DNA from: Styela clava
Taxonomy: Eukaryota
Assembly (NCBI RefSeq): GCF_964204865.1
Contig: NC_135252.1
Coordinates: 4,774,001 to 4,838,000 of the forward strand
Direction: 5' to 3'
Length of the DNA: 64,000 bases
Below are positions 25,792 through 40,335 of this stretch, in pieces; within the stretch, counting starts at the first letter, position 1; the number at the start of each line of letters is the position of its first letter. The position numbers and the translations under genes are program-made. Below the pieces are notes generated by a model. It made no database searches and was not told the DNA's origin. It saw only the letters and a program-made list of their open reading frames with translations.

Positions 25792-28700
25792 ATTGTAACC
25801 TAACCGTGTTTATCGGGTAATTCCATCATACCTTTCCTAAATCGACAACAGGGCGAAACTGATATTTAGACTGCTGAAGACATCAAGGCCTGAATGATCA
25901 TATATATTTCCCCTGTATTTATCCCATACGTGAAATGCGTCCGTCATCTCACTAATACGATTACATTGCATAGTCTACATTTTAATGAGTATTTGGTGGA
26001 AGATTAATCGAAACTTTGTAAACCATCACGTCACACCCTGACCTACGTCAAGCATGATTGTCGAAATTCACCGACAATAATGCTTAATGTGTTTTTGACG
26101 ACAATATTTCTATGGTTGTAAAACGAAACAAGGAAATCGGAAGTTTCAAATCAAACTCCATGAACTCGACGCGTTGAAAATATAGCACGAACACGGCGAC
26201 ATATAATCACTGCTTCGTGGGTTGGGAAAAAAAATTGTTTTTCAAATTATTATAATAAATATTGAAAATATTGCTTCACCAACGTGACAGCTGTTTATGT
26301 GTATTATTTATGTCCTTCCCATAATATTATTCGAAAGAGTGATGTATCTGTAGTAGATGGATCCACCATCTGTATAAGCAACAGAGTTTGTGTTGGATTG
26401 GCGACTAACAATGGGCCGTTTTTCAAAAATTTCTAATTGGATTCATGATTTGCCTTCGTGAGTACTGGAAAGAATTTACTATTTCCAATTCCAAATTTCA
26501 TTAAAATAATGTAAGATTATAAGATCCCGAAGAGGATCTAAATTAAATTTGTTACGATACATTTCAAATTGAATTTAGACTTAAATCTGATTCTCGCATT
26601 TGTCATTGGTGCAAAATGATTCGAGAGCAAATAATCGGGTAATAATGCTTTCAAGTTGAATTATGGTGAAATCGTAGTAAATTCAGTCTTTCTTCTCAAC
26701 AATAATAGTAAGCCATATTCAGTGAGTCATCCCACACATGGATATTGTAACAACAACGTAAACGCAACTTCAGATGACAATAAATATAATCTTGTGTGAG
26801 ATAGTAGAAGAAGCATTCTCGGTAGCGTGGTTGTGGAAGTATTTAGTTCGTTCAAAGCTGCGAGCCGTTCGATGCATTTCTGATTTGAAAACTTATTTCG
26901 TCTTAATTTTTAAACATCCAGTTCTGCACAGTAAAAGATTGATTAACTCAAATTAACTACGAATTAAAATAAGTTTATGGGAGAGAAGGGCGCATTGAAT
27001 AAAATAGATTGCACACTATTTCACGAATGGTACTCGTAAAAAAATTAATTAGTGTATTAACAGAAAATATGCTATATATAAATATTATATAACCGTACAA
27101 TCTGATAATTCAAGACAACTAGTAAGATTGTCAATGCTTATTTTTGCTGAATCAATGAAAAAAGGTTAAAAAGGTTAAAAGGTGGTTGTAAACTATGCAT
27201 TTCCCTTTTGTTGCGTTGGACCCTAATTGCCAAGTCAGTATTTGTTTTCTGATTGCCCTTTTTACAATACTTTTCAATGAAACATGGATTCTCCATATTG
27301 AAGAGCCAAACGATAGCCGCTGAGGAAGTGTTGTGTTTCCGTGTTCTATTATTCACACCGTATGTGAGCAATTTGATATGCCTACTATAACATATCTTGT
27401 CCTTTCCATAGGTTTATAACCCTGTTCATAACCTCACTCAAAGCAATTCAAAACCCTTTAATAAAAAATGAAATAATTTTTGTAATCTCCTCGCCTTTCA
27501 GTGCTGTTGTTTATCAAATAAAATTTGTTAATAATGAGGAGTGGGCTTATTATGACACCATGTTTTTGTTCAAGAAGCTGGCAATGAATAATTATGTAAA
27601 TATCTGCGAAATAACTGTAGTTTCATTTCGTAATCGTGCTTCGTGTAATCATTATATATTCAAGTATGGGATACACATGAAAAAAACTTGGCATTGGCGG
27701 ATGCTGATTAAGTCATTATTATCGAAATCATGATGTGGTAACGCCAAATGCTTAGAAAATAAATCAAAGCCCTATCTACCTTGTGGGCGTGGGTATTATC
27801 AAATATGGTGTCACATCTCTGAAATGTTTTCCTACGATGCTCGAATACACAAAAACGGGTTGATTTGCATACTGTCAACCGATATGGTTTCGCTTGGCCT
27901 GTTTACTAAGTTATCTTATTTTTATCGACATCAAACAAGAAACGTATATTTCTTTCAATTGAACGTGTTTTTGTGATGTAAATAAATTTATGTAAAGGGA
28001 TATTGGCTGGAGCTGGCCTATATCAGGAAGTGTTCACCCCATTATGTTCCGAATGTTCAAGATTTATGTTAGGAGATCATATACAAGGCTGTTAAAGTCA
28101 ACTTTTGACACCAAGCTCGCTCCGATTAGAATAATTGAAAATCGTCTGAAATTTGAATCACGTGTTATGTCGCGTTGTATTCCACGAATTCAGTGTTTTA
28201 TCTCATTGCAAAACAATAGCTGTTTGAAATACCATACTGTGATACTAATTTGTTCATTCCAACTTGATTCATAGTATATCTAATATGAGCCGGATGTTTT
28301 GCATCCCGATTTTCCATTCCAGTCGTTCAAGCGTTTCCGCTCATGAATTTGGCCCATAAGCTGTACTTATGGCCTGATATATCAAATTCTCTCATTTTCA
28401 GACTCATTTGATCTACTTAGCATCTATTTTTGTAATAATGGTTACTGATTTTGATGTGGTGTAGATGGTAACCCACTAAGACCTGTTTCGTGAGATTCAG
28501 TCATTACCACTGAAATTAGTCTTCATAAATTTAATTTAACCGAAACTAAATCCACAAAACTGATTTGATTTGTTGTAGGTGGTATACGAAAAGCAAGCTG
28601 TCAAGTTGGAAATCAGTTTTTAAACTTTCTTACTTTTTGTTTAATAGGACAATTGTAGGCCTTAGTAATATTTTCATGTTACGTTAACGAAACATTTGTC

Positions 28701-29003
28701 AAATTTTATATCTATCTTCATCACTGTCCTCGATCATATTGTTGAAAAGCTTGAAAACTATTTTCAAACATAAAGCTTCTTATGTAAAGAATTGAAGATG
28801 AATTTCAGTGATTCAACCACCGATATTGTGGAAATTAGGAACACGACTGCACAGTAAGTCAAACTATTATATTCACCGAATGACAATTTGAAATTATAAC
28901 ACAAATATTCCATATTCCAATGAATTAAGCGTTTATCAAAAAACGGAATCATTACAAAACCTTAATATTCATTTATATAGTACTTTTCATGAGCGGTATA
29001 GTT

Positions 29004-29324
29004 CAGTGGTTCTCAAACTTTTTAAGCCGCGGCCCCTTTCAGAATTTGTCAAGTCTCGAGAGCCACCTCAAAAATAACTAGCTGACAATAAACTACAAAT
29101 GCCAGATAGTAAGGCAAAAGTATGAATGGACTGAAACCTATGGGCAGGGGGTGGGTATATTGACTTGGCTAACACAGACAGTCCCCGAACTCGTAATAAA
29201 ACTAAAATAAGAAAAATCGGAATAAAATTATGGCCTAACCCTAACCTGGTACACACACTACGGGAGCACCAAAAATTGTCTACGCTCACCTTGAGGGGCG
29301 CGCACCACCGTTTGAGAACCACTG
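29004..29324. mobile_element. hAT (Charlie-like) MITE containing a fragment of the 10221 MITE family
   Basis: TIR cagtggttctcaaac / gtttgagaaccactg. Confidence 0.75.
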
Positions 29325-30623
29325 GTACTATAGATAGTACATTTGATTGAGTATCTTTGATGAATGTTACATAAGTTACAAATGGCTACTTTACTCAGAA
29401 TATCATGAAATATCGTATGCCTAATTAATTTGACATACTTGTATAAAATATACCCACCAAATAATATGAACCGTTTTGTAAGTTTGTTCTAATATAAAAA
29501 TGCGTTCGAACGTGAGCGGCATCATGTAAAGCTTGAAATGGAATACATCGCCGTAGACCTATTATAAAATAAGGTAAGATATGAAGGCATTTCCAAGAGA
29601 TGTCAGTCACAACCATAACGATATATATATCCTGCACATGGTACTGTATAATATCAGACTCTGTTGGAGATTTACTGAAACATTCAACTGATATTACTGC
29701 AATTTAATTATCGATGATATAGAAACTGTCAAAAAGGCAATATGTTTTAAAAACAGTCTGCTGTAAGTAGACGTGTGAGATTTTCATATATGGTAAAAAA
29801 TAATGCAATGTCAAAAATCAGACAATAATTTTATAGTTTAAAACCCTATATTTTTTTTGTATTTTCCCTTTACACGGGAAAGGGAGAGGAACAAATACAT
29901 ATGAAAACATGTTATTATTTAAGTTAAGTCGGTTTAGATTCAAAGGGTGATAAAATTGAAAAAGATGTTAATTTGTGGCATTAAGGGAGCGATTATGAAA
30001 CTTTTACAGTCTATGCTCGTTAACGAACGTTATTTGCGCAACATAAATTAACCATCAAAAATCATTTCTCGCCCAAAAACGTGAAAATATAATTTCAATT
30101 TGAAAAATTTCGTTATTCAATATGTGCACGCATTCGGTTGAATGATATTTTTGGAGATATTTCACTGTTATAAGTATGGCCAAGACAAACAATTTTGCGT
30201 TGGCCTGGTATAACATGTTGCTGTCGGATCGTTAGATCTCCACGGAGATGATAAATGCTTATTCCCAACTCGGAATTAGAATAATGCGAAGCAATATACC
30301 TCAAGTTTATTTACACTAAATTGTATTATGTTAATAATAATTAAATACTGTAGATATAAATACAACTGTTTGGTTTCTTGAAACCAGAGTCTCAGTTTCC
30401 GTGTATTACTCATTGAACTAATATAAATCATCTTGCGTGATAATGGAGATGATTGTTAAATCACGATTATGCCAAATAAGGCGGGAAGGGCATTTGAGTT
30501 GACGTAGTGACGCAATTGCCTTGACAGCTGCAAAAATATATATATATTAGTTGCAGTTCTCATATTCTTGCATAGTTTATTTGTTATTATCGGTATCTAA
30601 TAAAGTTTGACATTATTTTTCAG

Positions 30624-33600
30624 AGTTTATCAAAAGCCATTTGGCGACGAAGCTGTTATATTGGCCGGTATCATCATATTTACGTTCGTTACTATTGGAT
30701 TGACTTTGAACAGTTTGACCATAGCAGTGATACGAAGAACACCTCAACTTCAGTGAGATCTTTTGCTTTTGGAGTTTGCTTTGGATAATCTGCCTGTAAT
30801 CATGAAGTTTGTCTTCAATTCGGTCACCAAATACAATTTGGGGTTATAAAAAATTAAATACTCAACCCGATGTCAGACGGCAGCACACCAAGTTCAATTT
30901 AGAACAACAGTCATATAGACGTGATTCTATGAAATTTACGTCTAATCGCTAGACTTGGACGGATAGCACGATGCATAGAAAACTCCAAAAATATGAGCTT
31001 TAGTTCAACAGTTTGATATCTCACCTCGGTACGTTCTTGTGACCTGTCCTAGATCATGGGTTTCCCCAATTTTCTAATTTTCAAGTAACGCAAGAAAGCC
31101 CATTGTGGTACCCATCACCTTGGGACGTTATTGTGGCCTAGAGCCCTGGATCATGGGTTTTCCTTAATTTCTAATTTCCGAGTAACGCAACATAGCCTAT
31201 TGTAATATCTCACCTTAGTACGTCTCATTGGCTTCCTAGCTTTTGGTGACCTAGTGGTTTTGGTAGAATGAGCTGGTTTTGTGTGTGATGCTTAGGGCTG
31301 GGCGTTTTCGAATATCTGATGATTTCAGATTCGAATCGAATATCTTTTTCTAATCGAATCTCGAATACTTGGAAGATATTCAATCTATGTGACTTTTTAC
31401 TGTGATGGGTCCTCCGTGTACATAAATTACTGAAAACATAGAATTCATCACTCAGACGGTTCGCTGAACGTTCACAAACAATAACAAACATGTTTCATCA
31501 ATAACTACTAGAAAGAAAAGAGTCATATGTCGTCAGAATTGCATTATAAAAATATGGCTTCAGTAAAAAAATTGAGAAGTTCACATCGACCTTTGGCGTC
31601 CAAGTAAAAAACAAGATGGCGGCGATTTGAAAATTTCGTCTGAATCGATTCGAATAATTTACTATTCGATTCGGAAAGCCCAGCCCTAGTGATGCTATAA
31701 ATCAAAATCGATCCACGAGTGACGTGAATAGAAAACAATCGTGTGGTGTATGAATATTCGTTCCAATTAAAAACTTCAATAAAACTGTTTCAACCGAATC
31801 AACTTTGAAATGCATGATGCTTGCTTGAATAAGCTCGTGAACATTGTTTAGTCCTGAATAATTTGTCGTAAATCACACGTTGGTGTTATTCATACTGGAT
31901 TGACTGATATTGTACTGTATAGTCTATCTGCAGAGACCGTGACAATATCCGGATAAATATTTATAACGTTTTGCATTTCGCGGTGGGTGGTGACTTTCGG
32001 ATTTGCCTTTGAGCAAACGAAAGATCTATACTTTATACCATGCACGGTTGGAGATTAAATACTTCGATTTAGGTCAGGGAGAACTTGCTTAATTCGGTTT
32101 CGAAAGTTGGTAACACAAACGTACTGAATTGCTGTGGATGTAACATATTCACTTCTTCATTTTTTTAGGAATATTTTCATGTCCTTCATTGTTTCCCTCT
32201 GCGTTTCTGATTTGTTGTCTGCGACGATCAGTCCGTTATTTTGGTATCGAAGAACATTGGGGTTCGATGTTTGGAATCTTCCTAATTTCTTTTGCAAGGT
32301 AAGCCATCGTTTATAATATAAACTTTATATGGACGTTTCTATGATAACGTTTATGCTATATTATATATACCACAAAACATTTCTCCCGGACTTCAGTGTT
32401 CAGATGCATGCATTTTTTGTTAATTTGAATTATATCACTGATCACAAACTTTGGTAAAACTTAAATATATCATGTTTCCGAAATTTGAATATGACCCGAG
32501 GATGTAAAAGCACAGAATAAAAAAAGGATACATCGTCCTTACAAGTAACAAGTCAGGTAAATTATGGGAAGTTATCTTTTAACCGATCATATTATTTTTA
32601 AATAAAAGTGTGAGATGATAATACAGAAACAATTATTTTTTTTTGTAATATGTATATCTTGAAAATGTGAGCGATGAGCCAAGTTCTAACAAAGTTCTAA
32701 AAAAAAATCCCAAGAATATAATTTATAATACAATTACAATAACTCCAATTACCAGTCAAAATACAATGTCTCAGGGCTTTACGATATTGTTAAATATATA
32801 AAGAAGCACTAAATAGTTTGATTACATGAGATTATCTCGTTTTTAAACTCTGATGCCATACATATAGATAATAAATAAATGGTTACATCCTGTTTGAATC
32901 AATATGCCTCACATTATAAATCAGATTTCAGTAGAATGGTCTTTCGCCATGAAATTAAAAGTGCAATTCGTTTGCGAATATATTTTTAAAACATATGTTT
33001 TCTGTGCTTACATCTTAGTAATCGGGTACTTATGTTTTCATAGCTGTACTGGTCTGTCGATATTTTGACGTCATTTTCTACCTCGTTGCACATCTTAAAC
33101 TTTGCTATCCTGAGATATATTTCAATCAAACATGCAGCGACATTTGGAAGAATTAGTATGAGAATGGGACACGTGAGTTCAATTCATTAATATGATATGA
33201 TCATCAATTTCTAGCAATGCTGTGCGATGCTTCTTTTGTAAATATTGCTGATGTGAGGAGCAACACATAGTCTGCTGCTGTATGATGTGCCGTTGCCACA
33301 CACGTTGACAATTTGTCTCACCTGTAGATATATTAAATGAATTCAGAATCAAACAATAATGAAACTACGACTATGGTATTATTATCAAGTATTATTCACA
33401 AGTGAATTTGAGCTTTTTTAGATGCACATTTATACACTTTTGAAAATATAGTTGCCAAGCCTCTCGTCTAAAAAATACATTTTTCTCAAAATCTTATATT
33501 GTTGGGGATAGTCTGACATTTTTATAGTAAATAAATAGAATACGCAAAAGATGTCATACATAAACGTGAATATTACATATGTACAATAACAACAAGAACA

Positions 33601-35501
33601 ACTTGCAACATGAAATGTTGGTACGCAATACATTTTTGCGGTTCAGAAAAGATTCAGAAAAAAAGGAAACCTCGCCGCGCAGAAAAAATTGCCGCATGAA
33701 AAATCGCCGCAAGAGCATTTTGTTGTAAAACAAGTATATATTTGTGATAAAAACAGTTAGGTTTTGAAGTACCTTTTTATTTAAACAAGATTAGTTATCT
33801 AACAGCATAATCTAACACTAATCCTATAAACCTAACTGTTTTTATCATAAATACTTGTTTTAGAGCAAAATACAACAATTTTTCATGCGAAGAATTTTCC
33901 GGACAGATATTTTTGCAATACACAAATGACCATTGTCTTCAATAATTTGATACACAACAAATTTTATTTTAGATTTGGATTGCAACTATTTGGTTTATTG
34001 CCTTCACATGTGGATTCATCCCATTCTGGATATTCTTTGGAGCAGAACCTGGCGTTGAACGAGATCGATTCAGTGAAGCCACAAATGCGAAATGGCCAGC
34101 ATGTACGTTGGAATTGACTTGGTAGGTAGGAAGTTTCTGATTATATCTTGCCCAATAATACGAGCGAAAAGCTCAGTAACGCTTGGGCACGAAATCTCCA
34201 TACCGTTCTGACACTTCTTTATTACAGTTTTTCGAATCTTTTATTACTGAATATTTGAAAGAAATAACAAAGGAATTTTACAGAATAAACTAAATGAGAC
34301 ACAATGAGGCAAAAATTTAAAAAACTATATCAAATTATTTTGTACACAGGGAAAAGCATTACACGTTATATACGTACATTGGATACACAATGTTCTTACT
34401 GGTACCGATGGCCGGAGTTATCATAATATCAATACTAATAGCAAGAGCGGTGCATTCTCACTCAGTTTCTTCAGTGGTTACGAATGACCATGCGATGAAA
34501 AGAAGATTACGAAAGGAGAAACAGGCTGTCTTGCAACTTGTACTAATTGTTGCTTCGTTTATGTTTGGATACATTCCTTACGTCAGTAAGTAACTAAAAT
34601 TGGATAGAAGTTTATTTGAAAGTAATAAAGAAGAATTGGGTGCTCCAGAAGTGTATGTATCAATATGTAGGTAACTAATTTTGTTCGCCTACTTTACATG
34701 GAGTTGTGTAATTGGACTGAAACCTATTGGCAGAGGGTAACACAGACAGTCCCCGAACTCGTAATATAACTGAAATAAAGGAAATCGCAAAAAAAATTAA
34801 GCCTTAACCCTAACCTGGTACGCACACTACGAGAGCACCAGAACTTGTTCTAGTCAATGCAATCCAATTTCGATTTTCATTACTTATCGATCTTAAGATC
34901 AGTAAGTATGTTGATAGGTATTTGTCTGTCTGTCTGTTAGATGCACGCGATATCTCACAAAAGCGAGGTTGAATTTGCCCTCAACTCCGCACGTGCAATC
35001 ATCATAGCTCGGAACAGAAACCTATTGATTTTGGATGAATTATGTCGTATATCTAGCGAGTTATTAATTAATCAGTGATGGGACACGCGGTGTCACTATA
35101 GAGTCAGAATAAATGAATGGGGGATCACCTAACTCTCGATCGATAAGTCTTCGGTCTCCGACTGATATTCTAGTTTATTGATTTGTGGGTGTTTTCCTGA
35201 AAGCATTTATTTAAACAAGTTCCATTTTTCAGCTTATGAAATCTGGTCTCTGACATCTTCCAATCCCGTCGCTGATTACTGGTTCGGACTGACGGAATAT
35301 TTTTGTCTGAGATTTTCGGAATGTATGAACCCGATTTTTTACAACGTCAGTTCATCAAAAATGCGAAGACATACGAAAAGGTTTTTGAAAAAATTATGCA
35401 GATGTTTCGATGCCATCAAACCATCTACGATAGTTTCTAATAGCTTTGGTCCATCTTCTACATCCACTAGCGCTGATGGAAACAATCGAATGGGAGTGTG
35501 A
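30624..35501 (+). CDS. Orphan class A GPCR, copy 3 (exons 2-7; first coding exon not located)
   Basis: Exons 30624-30752, 32169-32298, 33044-33172, 33973-34121, 34350-34585, 35233-35501; same phases, open frame. Motifs SLCVSD, WSVD, LRY, WPAC, FMFGYIP, LRFSECMNPIFY. Confidence 0.9.
31293..31688. mobile_element. hAT-type MITE
   Basis: TIR tagggctgggc / gcccagcccta; perfect 8-bp TSD GTGATGCT. Confidence 0.88.
33640..33907. mobile_element. Mutator-type MITE (same family as 54908-55112, opposite orientation)
   Basis: Subterminal aaa(t)tcgccgc repeats; flanked by catttttgc / tatttttgc (8 of 9 TSD). Confidence 0.65.
34879..35175 (+). mobile_element. Helentron-associated / DINE-1-like non-autonomous rolling-circle element
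   Basis: 11-bp subterminal inverted repeats acttatcgatc / gatcgataagt, internal (GTCT)n, 3' hairpin tcgg-tct-ccga, and a CTAG end followed by a T-run. Confidence 0.7.
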
Positions 35502-37779
35502 TAAACTGTGAAAGTAAAGATTCAAACTCTACTGAGAAATTATATGGTAGTCCCATAAAGTTGTAAAAATGTTGATAAATCCTTTAAATTAATTTTGAAC
35601 ACTGTATCTTAAACGTATTTTTATATTATACAAGTTCCAAATCATTTCCTCTTAGTTATTCATTTATTTTATCTTATGTATCTAAAAGACTTTATTGGCA
35701 ATATCATAGTTACTGAGTCATCTTATTTACCCCGCCATGTATGATTCACTGTATGATTAGTATCATTTTCAAATGATAAAGGAAGTATGTTCAGTGAGTT
35801 TACTTTTAGTTATGGTCTGCATCCAATTTCGTAACATATAGTTCTTTCTTATAAAATTGTTGAATTTTCATAATATAATTATCTATCGCGGAAAATGGAA
35901 TAAAATGCTTTTTTTGAGTTGTAGAAGTCTAAAATATTCCCTTTTCCAAAACAAAAAAACAAAAGACAACAATTTTATTTATGAAAACTAGGCAGGCTCA
36001 CGTGCTTGATATTGTTCTGATCGATGAAGCAATATTTCCCCTAAATATAATGTTCAGTGTTTATGACAATCTTTTTTGGGCATCGGGTAATGTGGTGCAC
36101 CCATCCCACTGTGAAATATTTGACCCACGTTCAACACTGAGCCTCGACAGTAAGTTATGTGAATTGTTCCATAAGATCGATAAATCAATAAAGTGATTTC
36201 AAATTATCAACAAGTTGCAATACGCCGGTATTAAATATTTATAGTTTCAATGCATCTGTTACAATGACGCTCAAATTAATTCTGATACCTTATTTAACCT
36301 CCAGGTTGGTTGTTATACTATTCGAAACAAACATTACAAAAAAGTAAGATGTTTGCATAGAAATGACACCACGGAAGTGCGTTTTATATAAAATCATCAC
36401 CAGTCCTAAGATTGAATTCGACCTGCTTTTGTGTGACTCCTATTTTGAAGACCCAGCAGGCAGAATCTTGGCAACAGCTAAATCCTTATAGATACCAAAT
36501 GAATAACCTATCCAATATGCGAAGGTATCAACAACAAAAATTCGGCATGCTGAACCAGTGTAGTAAACCCTGGTAGCGCCAATAGACTTTATTCATTAAA
36601 AACCCATCCTACGCGCAAAAAGAAAAGTGATGTAAAAAAAACAATTTTAACATTAGCTCTTATGGGGATTGTGATCACCAGAGCAGAAATTTGCATTTTT
36701 TGTAATTTTCTAGATATCTTTCATTGTATACGTGAGCAGTCTTGAGGATAGAATATTTTTTACATCTTTTTTGATATTTTTATCATGATAAACATGATCA
36801 AGATTTTTGATAATCGTTCATTAAAATTTTAATGAGCGCGGTGTTTCCGATGACGTCATTCTCACTAGACCATGAGATTCTGCCAACGCCCCGTGCTCTG
36901 TGGGAATGGGATATGCGCTGCAAATGCGGCGCTAATGTCGCTTTGGGTACGGTGTCGGTACCGGTACTGGAAGCGTTTACCATTGACAATCTATAACCCA
37001 TACCATTTCTATCATGTTTGTTTAATGGTTTTAGGTATTTATACTTGTACAGCTAGCAATCATTTACTGAAGGCATGCTTACGTGGTATTTAAACTACCG
37101 GTACCGTACCAAGGCTGCAAGAGGTGAAAACTAAATTATTTAGTAAATACTGAAATAGGCCTACGAACAAAAATGTTGGCCAGCCTGCCAATAGGCAGGA
37201 TAAGTTGTACGGTACCGGTATACAAAAAAGATGAATATCTCCAACCTATAACGGTACAATACCGGTCTCCTAACTAGGTTAATAAAACATGACTGAATAC
37301 GAGAGAGAGATTTATTTCGTCAACCAGAATACAAGCATTGAATCAATAAAAAATAGGCCTATATTCAAAACACACAGTTATTCGGTTTAGACTGGGGATC
37401 GATACGACCATCACAGTCAGCTCCCCCTGCCCACCAAAGTTACCCTAGCAGACATCTCTCAGCAGACATCTCTCTCGTTTTTGAACGCGCCGATCACCGT
37501 TGCCAGAACTCAGATTTCAATTGAGCGATGCGAGAGTTTACGGAAATGGCATCGATGCAAAATCATCCGATGCTTTATGCGTTGCCAGATTAATCATAAA
37601 AACTGTGAATAATTGCCAAAAAATCACAGTTCTCCCCAAAATATAAGCGTCTCACAAATAAATCCGCTTAGTATAAGAAAGATAAGTATAAGTGCTTATA
37701 ATAGGAAGTAAACACAACGCGTTTAACAAAGATTGTATAGGTGGAAGAGATACCCATTATCGTTTAAACCTGTCCCAGT

Positions 37780-39365
37780 CGTCAATTTTTAATAAAATTG
37801 GTAAAAAGACCTATTTTACCCCCAAAAAGAGGTGTCTTGCAGTCATTGCCCTCTCCATTTATAAATAAACAGCAGTGGTACATTTTATAAAGTGTTTATA
37901 CAACGAGTTTCAAAAAGTTTGTATGGGGGAAGATATTTTTATTCTCGTTTAAACATGACCCGCTTGTCAATTTATGATAGAAATGGCAAAAAGACCTCTT
38001 TTGCTCCAAAAAATGAGTGTCTTGCAATTACGGTCCCCACATTCACAAAAGACCAGTAGTAGTACATATAATAAAGTGTTAATACAGCGAGTTTGAAAAA
38101 GTTTGTATGGGGGGAAGATATTTTTATAATCGCTTAAACATGGCCCCATAGTCAATTTTTGATAGAAATGGCAAAAAGACCTATTTTGCCCCCAAAAATG
38201 AGTGTCTTGCAATAACGGGCCCTTCATTTACACAAGACCAGTAGTAGTACATATAATAAAGTGTTAATAAAGCGAGTTTGAAAAAGTTTGTATGGGGGGA
38301 AAATATTTTTATAATGGCTTAAACATGGCCCGATAATCACTTTTTGATAGAAATGGCAAAAAGACCTATTTTGCCCCAAAAAATGAGTGTCTTGCAGTTA
38401 TGGGCCCCTCATTTACACAAGACCAGCAGTAGTACATATAATATAGTGTTAATACAGCGAGTTTGAAAAAGTTTGTATGGGGGAAGATATTTTTATAATC
38501 GCTTAAAACATGGCCCGATAGTCAATTTTTGATAAAAAATTGCAAAAAGACCTAGTTTTCCCCAAATAATGAGTGTCTTGAAATTACGGGCCCCTCATTT
38601 ACACAAGACCAGTAGTAGTACATATGATAAAGTGTTATTACAGCGAGTTTGAAAAAGTTTGTATGGGGGAAAAATATTTTTATAATGGCCCAAACATAAC
38701 CCGATAATCAATTTTTGAAATGGCAAAAAGACCTATTTTGCCCCCAAAAATGAGTGTCTTGCAGTTATGGGCCCCACATTTACACAGAACCAGAAGTAGT
38801 ACATATACCAAAGTGTTTATACAGCGAGTTTGAAAAAGTTTGTATGGGGAGAAGATATTTTTATTATCGCATAAACATGGCCCGATAGTCAATTTATGAG
38901 AAAAATGGCAAAAAGACCTCTTTTGCCCCAAAAAATGAGTGTCTTGCAGTTATGGGCCCCACATTTACAATAGACCAGTAGTAGTACATATAATAAAGTG
39001 TTGATAAAGCGAGTTTGAAGAAGTTTGTATGGGGGGAAGATATTTTTATAATCGCTTAAACATGGCCGATAGTCAATTTTTGATAAAAAATGGCAAAAAG
39101 ACCAAGTTTTCCCCAAAAAATGAGTGTCTTGCAATCACGGGCCCCTCATTTACACAAGACCAGTAGTAGTACATATAATAAAGTGTTAATAAAGCGAGTT
39201 TGAAAAAGTTTGTATGGGGGGAAAATATTTTTATAATGGCCCAAACATGGCCCGATAATCAATTTTTGATAGAAATGGCAAAAAGACCTATTTTGCCCCA
39301 AAAAATGAGTGTCTTGCAATTATGGGCCCCACATCTACAAAATACCAGTAATAGTACATATATTA
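37780..39365 (+). repeat. Tandem array of ~185-bp units (~8.5 copies) in the left TIR
   Basis: aaatggcaaaaagacc recurs at 37981, 38166, 38351, 38537, 38718, 38903, 39088, 39273. Confidence 0.95.
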
Positions 39366-39435
39366 ACCGTACATATAACCGTAAGAACAATTTTCATACT
39401 TTTATAGCTCTCATCGCTCATCGTCCATCTTATGC

Positions 39436-39638
39436 GGTGACCGTACATTTGAACCCATGTACATTTGAACCCATGTGTATATCCGCGGGTTCAATCAATA
39501 TGCGGGTGCTAAAACCCATGGGTTAGGTTAGTATGAGTACAAATGTCCGTAAAACCGAAAAAATTTCCATAGGTGCAATGGCATGCAGGTGCAATTGTCG
39601 TGGGTTCAAATGTACGTGTGTTCAAATGTAATGGAACC
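39436..39638. mobile_element. Mutator-type MITE inserted at the start of the transposase coding region
   Basis: GG..CC ends with inverted acatttgaac repeats; perfect 9-bp TSD ATCTTATGC (39427-39435, 39639-39647). Confidence 0.88.
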
Positions 39639-40335
39639 ATCTTATGCTGATGTGCTTTCGCATGGACGTAAAGCGCGTGCACCAGATACAGTTGTCAGGT
39701 CTCTATCGGATGTCCCTTCCCCCCACCTCTATCCTTCAGAGTTCTTGCCTTACATCTCTAAAGACTTCACCCCCATCCGCACAGTCTTTTAGTCCATCTT
39801 ATACTGATGTGCTTCTGCGTGGACTAAAAGGACGTGCTACAGCCACAATTGCCAGACCATTGTCGCCTGTTTCTATTCCCATCCTTCGGAGTTCTTGCCT
39901 TCTTTCTAATCCTTCTCCCCCATCCGCACTGACTTTTAGTCCATCTTATGCTGATGTGCTTCTGCGTGGACTAAAAGGACGTGCTACAGCCACAATTGCC
40001 AGACCATTGTCGCCTGTTTCTATTCCCATCCTTCGGAGTTCTTGCCTTCTTTCTAATCCTTCTCCCCCATCCGCACTGACTTTTAGTCCATCTTATGCTG
40101 ATGTGCTCCTGCGTGGACTAAAAGGGCGTGCTACAGACACGATTGCGAGATCATTGTCGTCTGTTTCTATTCCCATTCTCCAGAGCCTTTGCCTTACTGC
40201 TAATCCTTCGCCTCCACCCGCACATACTTTAATTTAAGTCCATCTTATGCTGATGTGCTTCTTCGTGGACTAAAAGGGCGTGCTACAGACACGATTGCGA
40301 GATCATTGTCTCCTGTTTCTTTGCCCGCACATACT
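39639..40335 (+). repeat. Coding tandem repeat, 147-bp (49 aa) unit, ~5 copies
   Basis: agtccatcttat at 39791, 39938, 40085, 40237; unit SPSYADVLLRGLKGRATATIARPLSPVSIPILRSSCLLSNPSPPSALTF. Confidence 0.9.

Noticed and set aside
37433-37448. ACC(A/G)AAGTTACCCTAG resembles a mitochondrial large-subunit rRNA motif
   Set aside because: Only ~14 nt with no further similarity; it is the transposon terminus.
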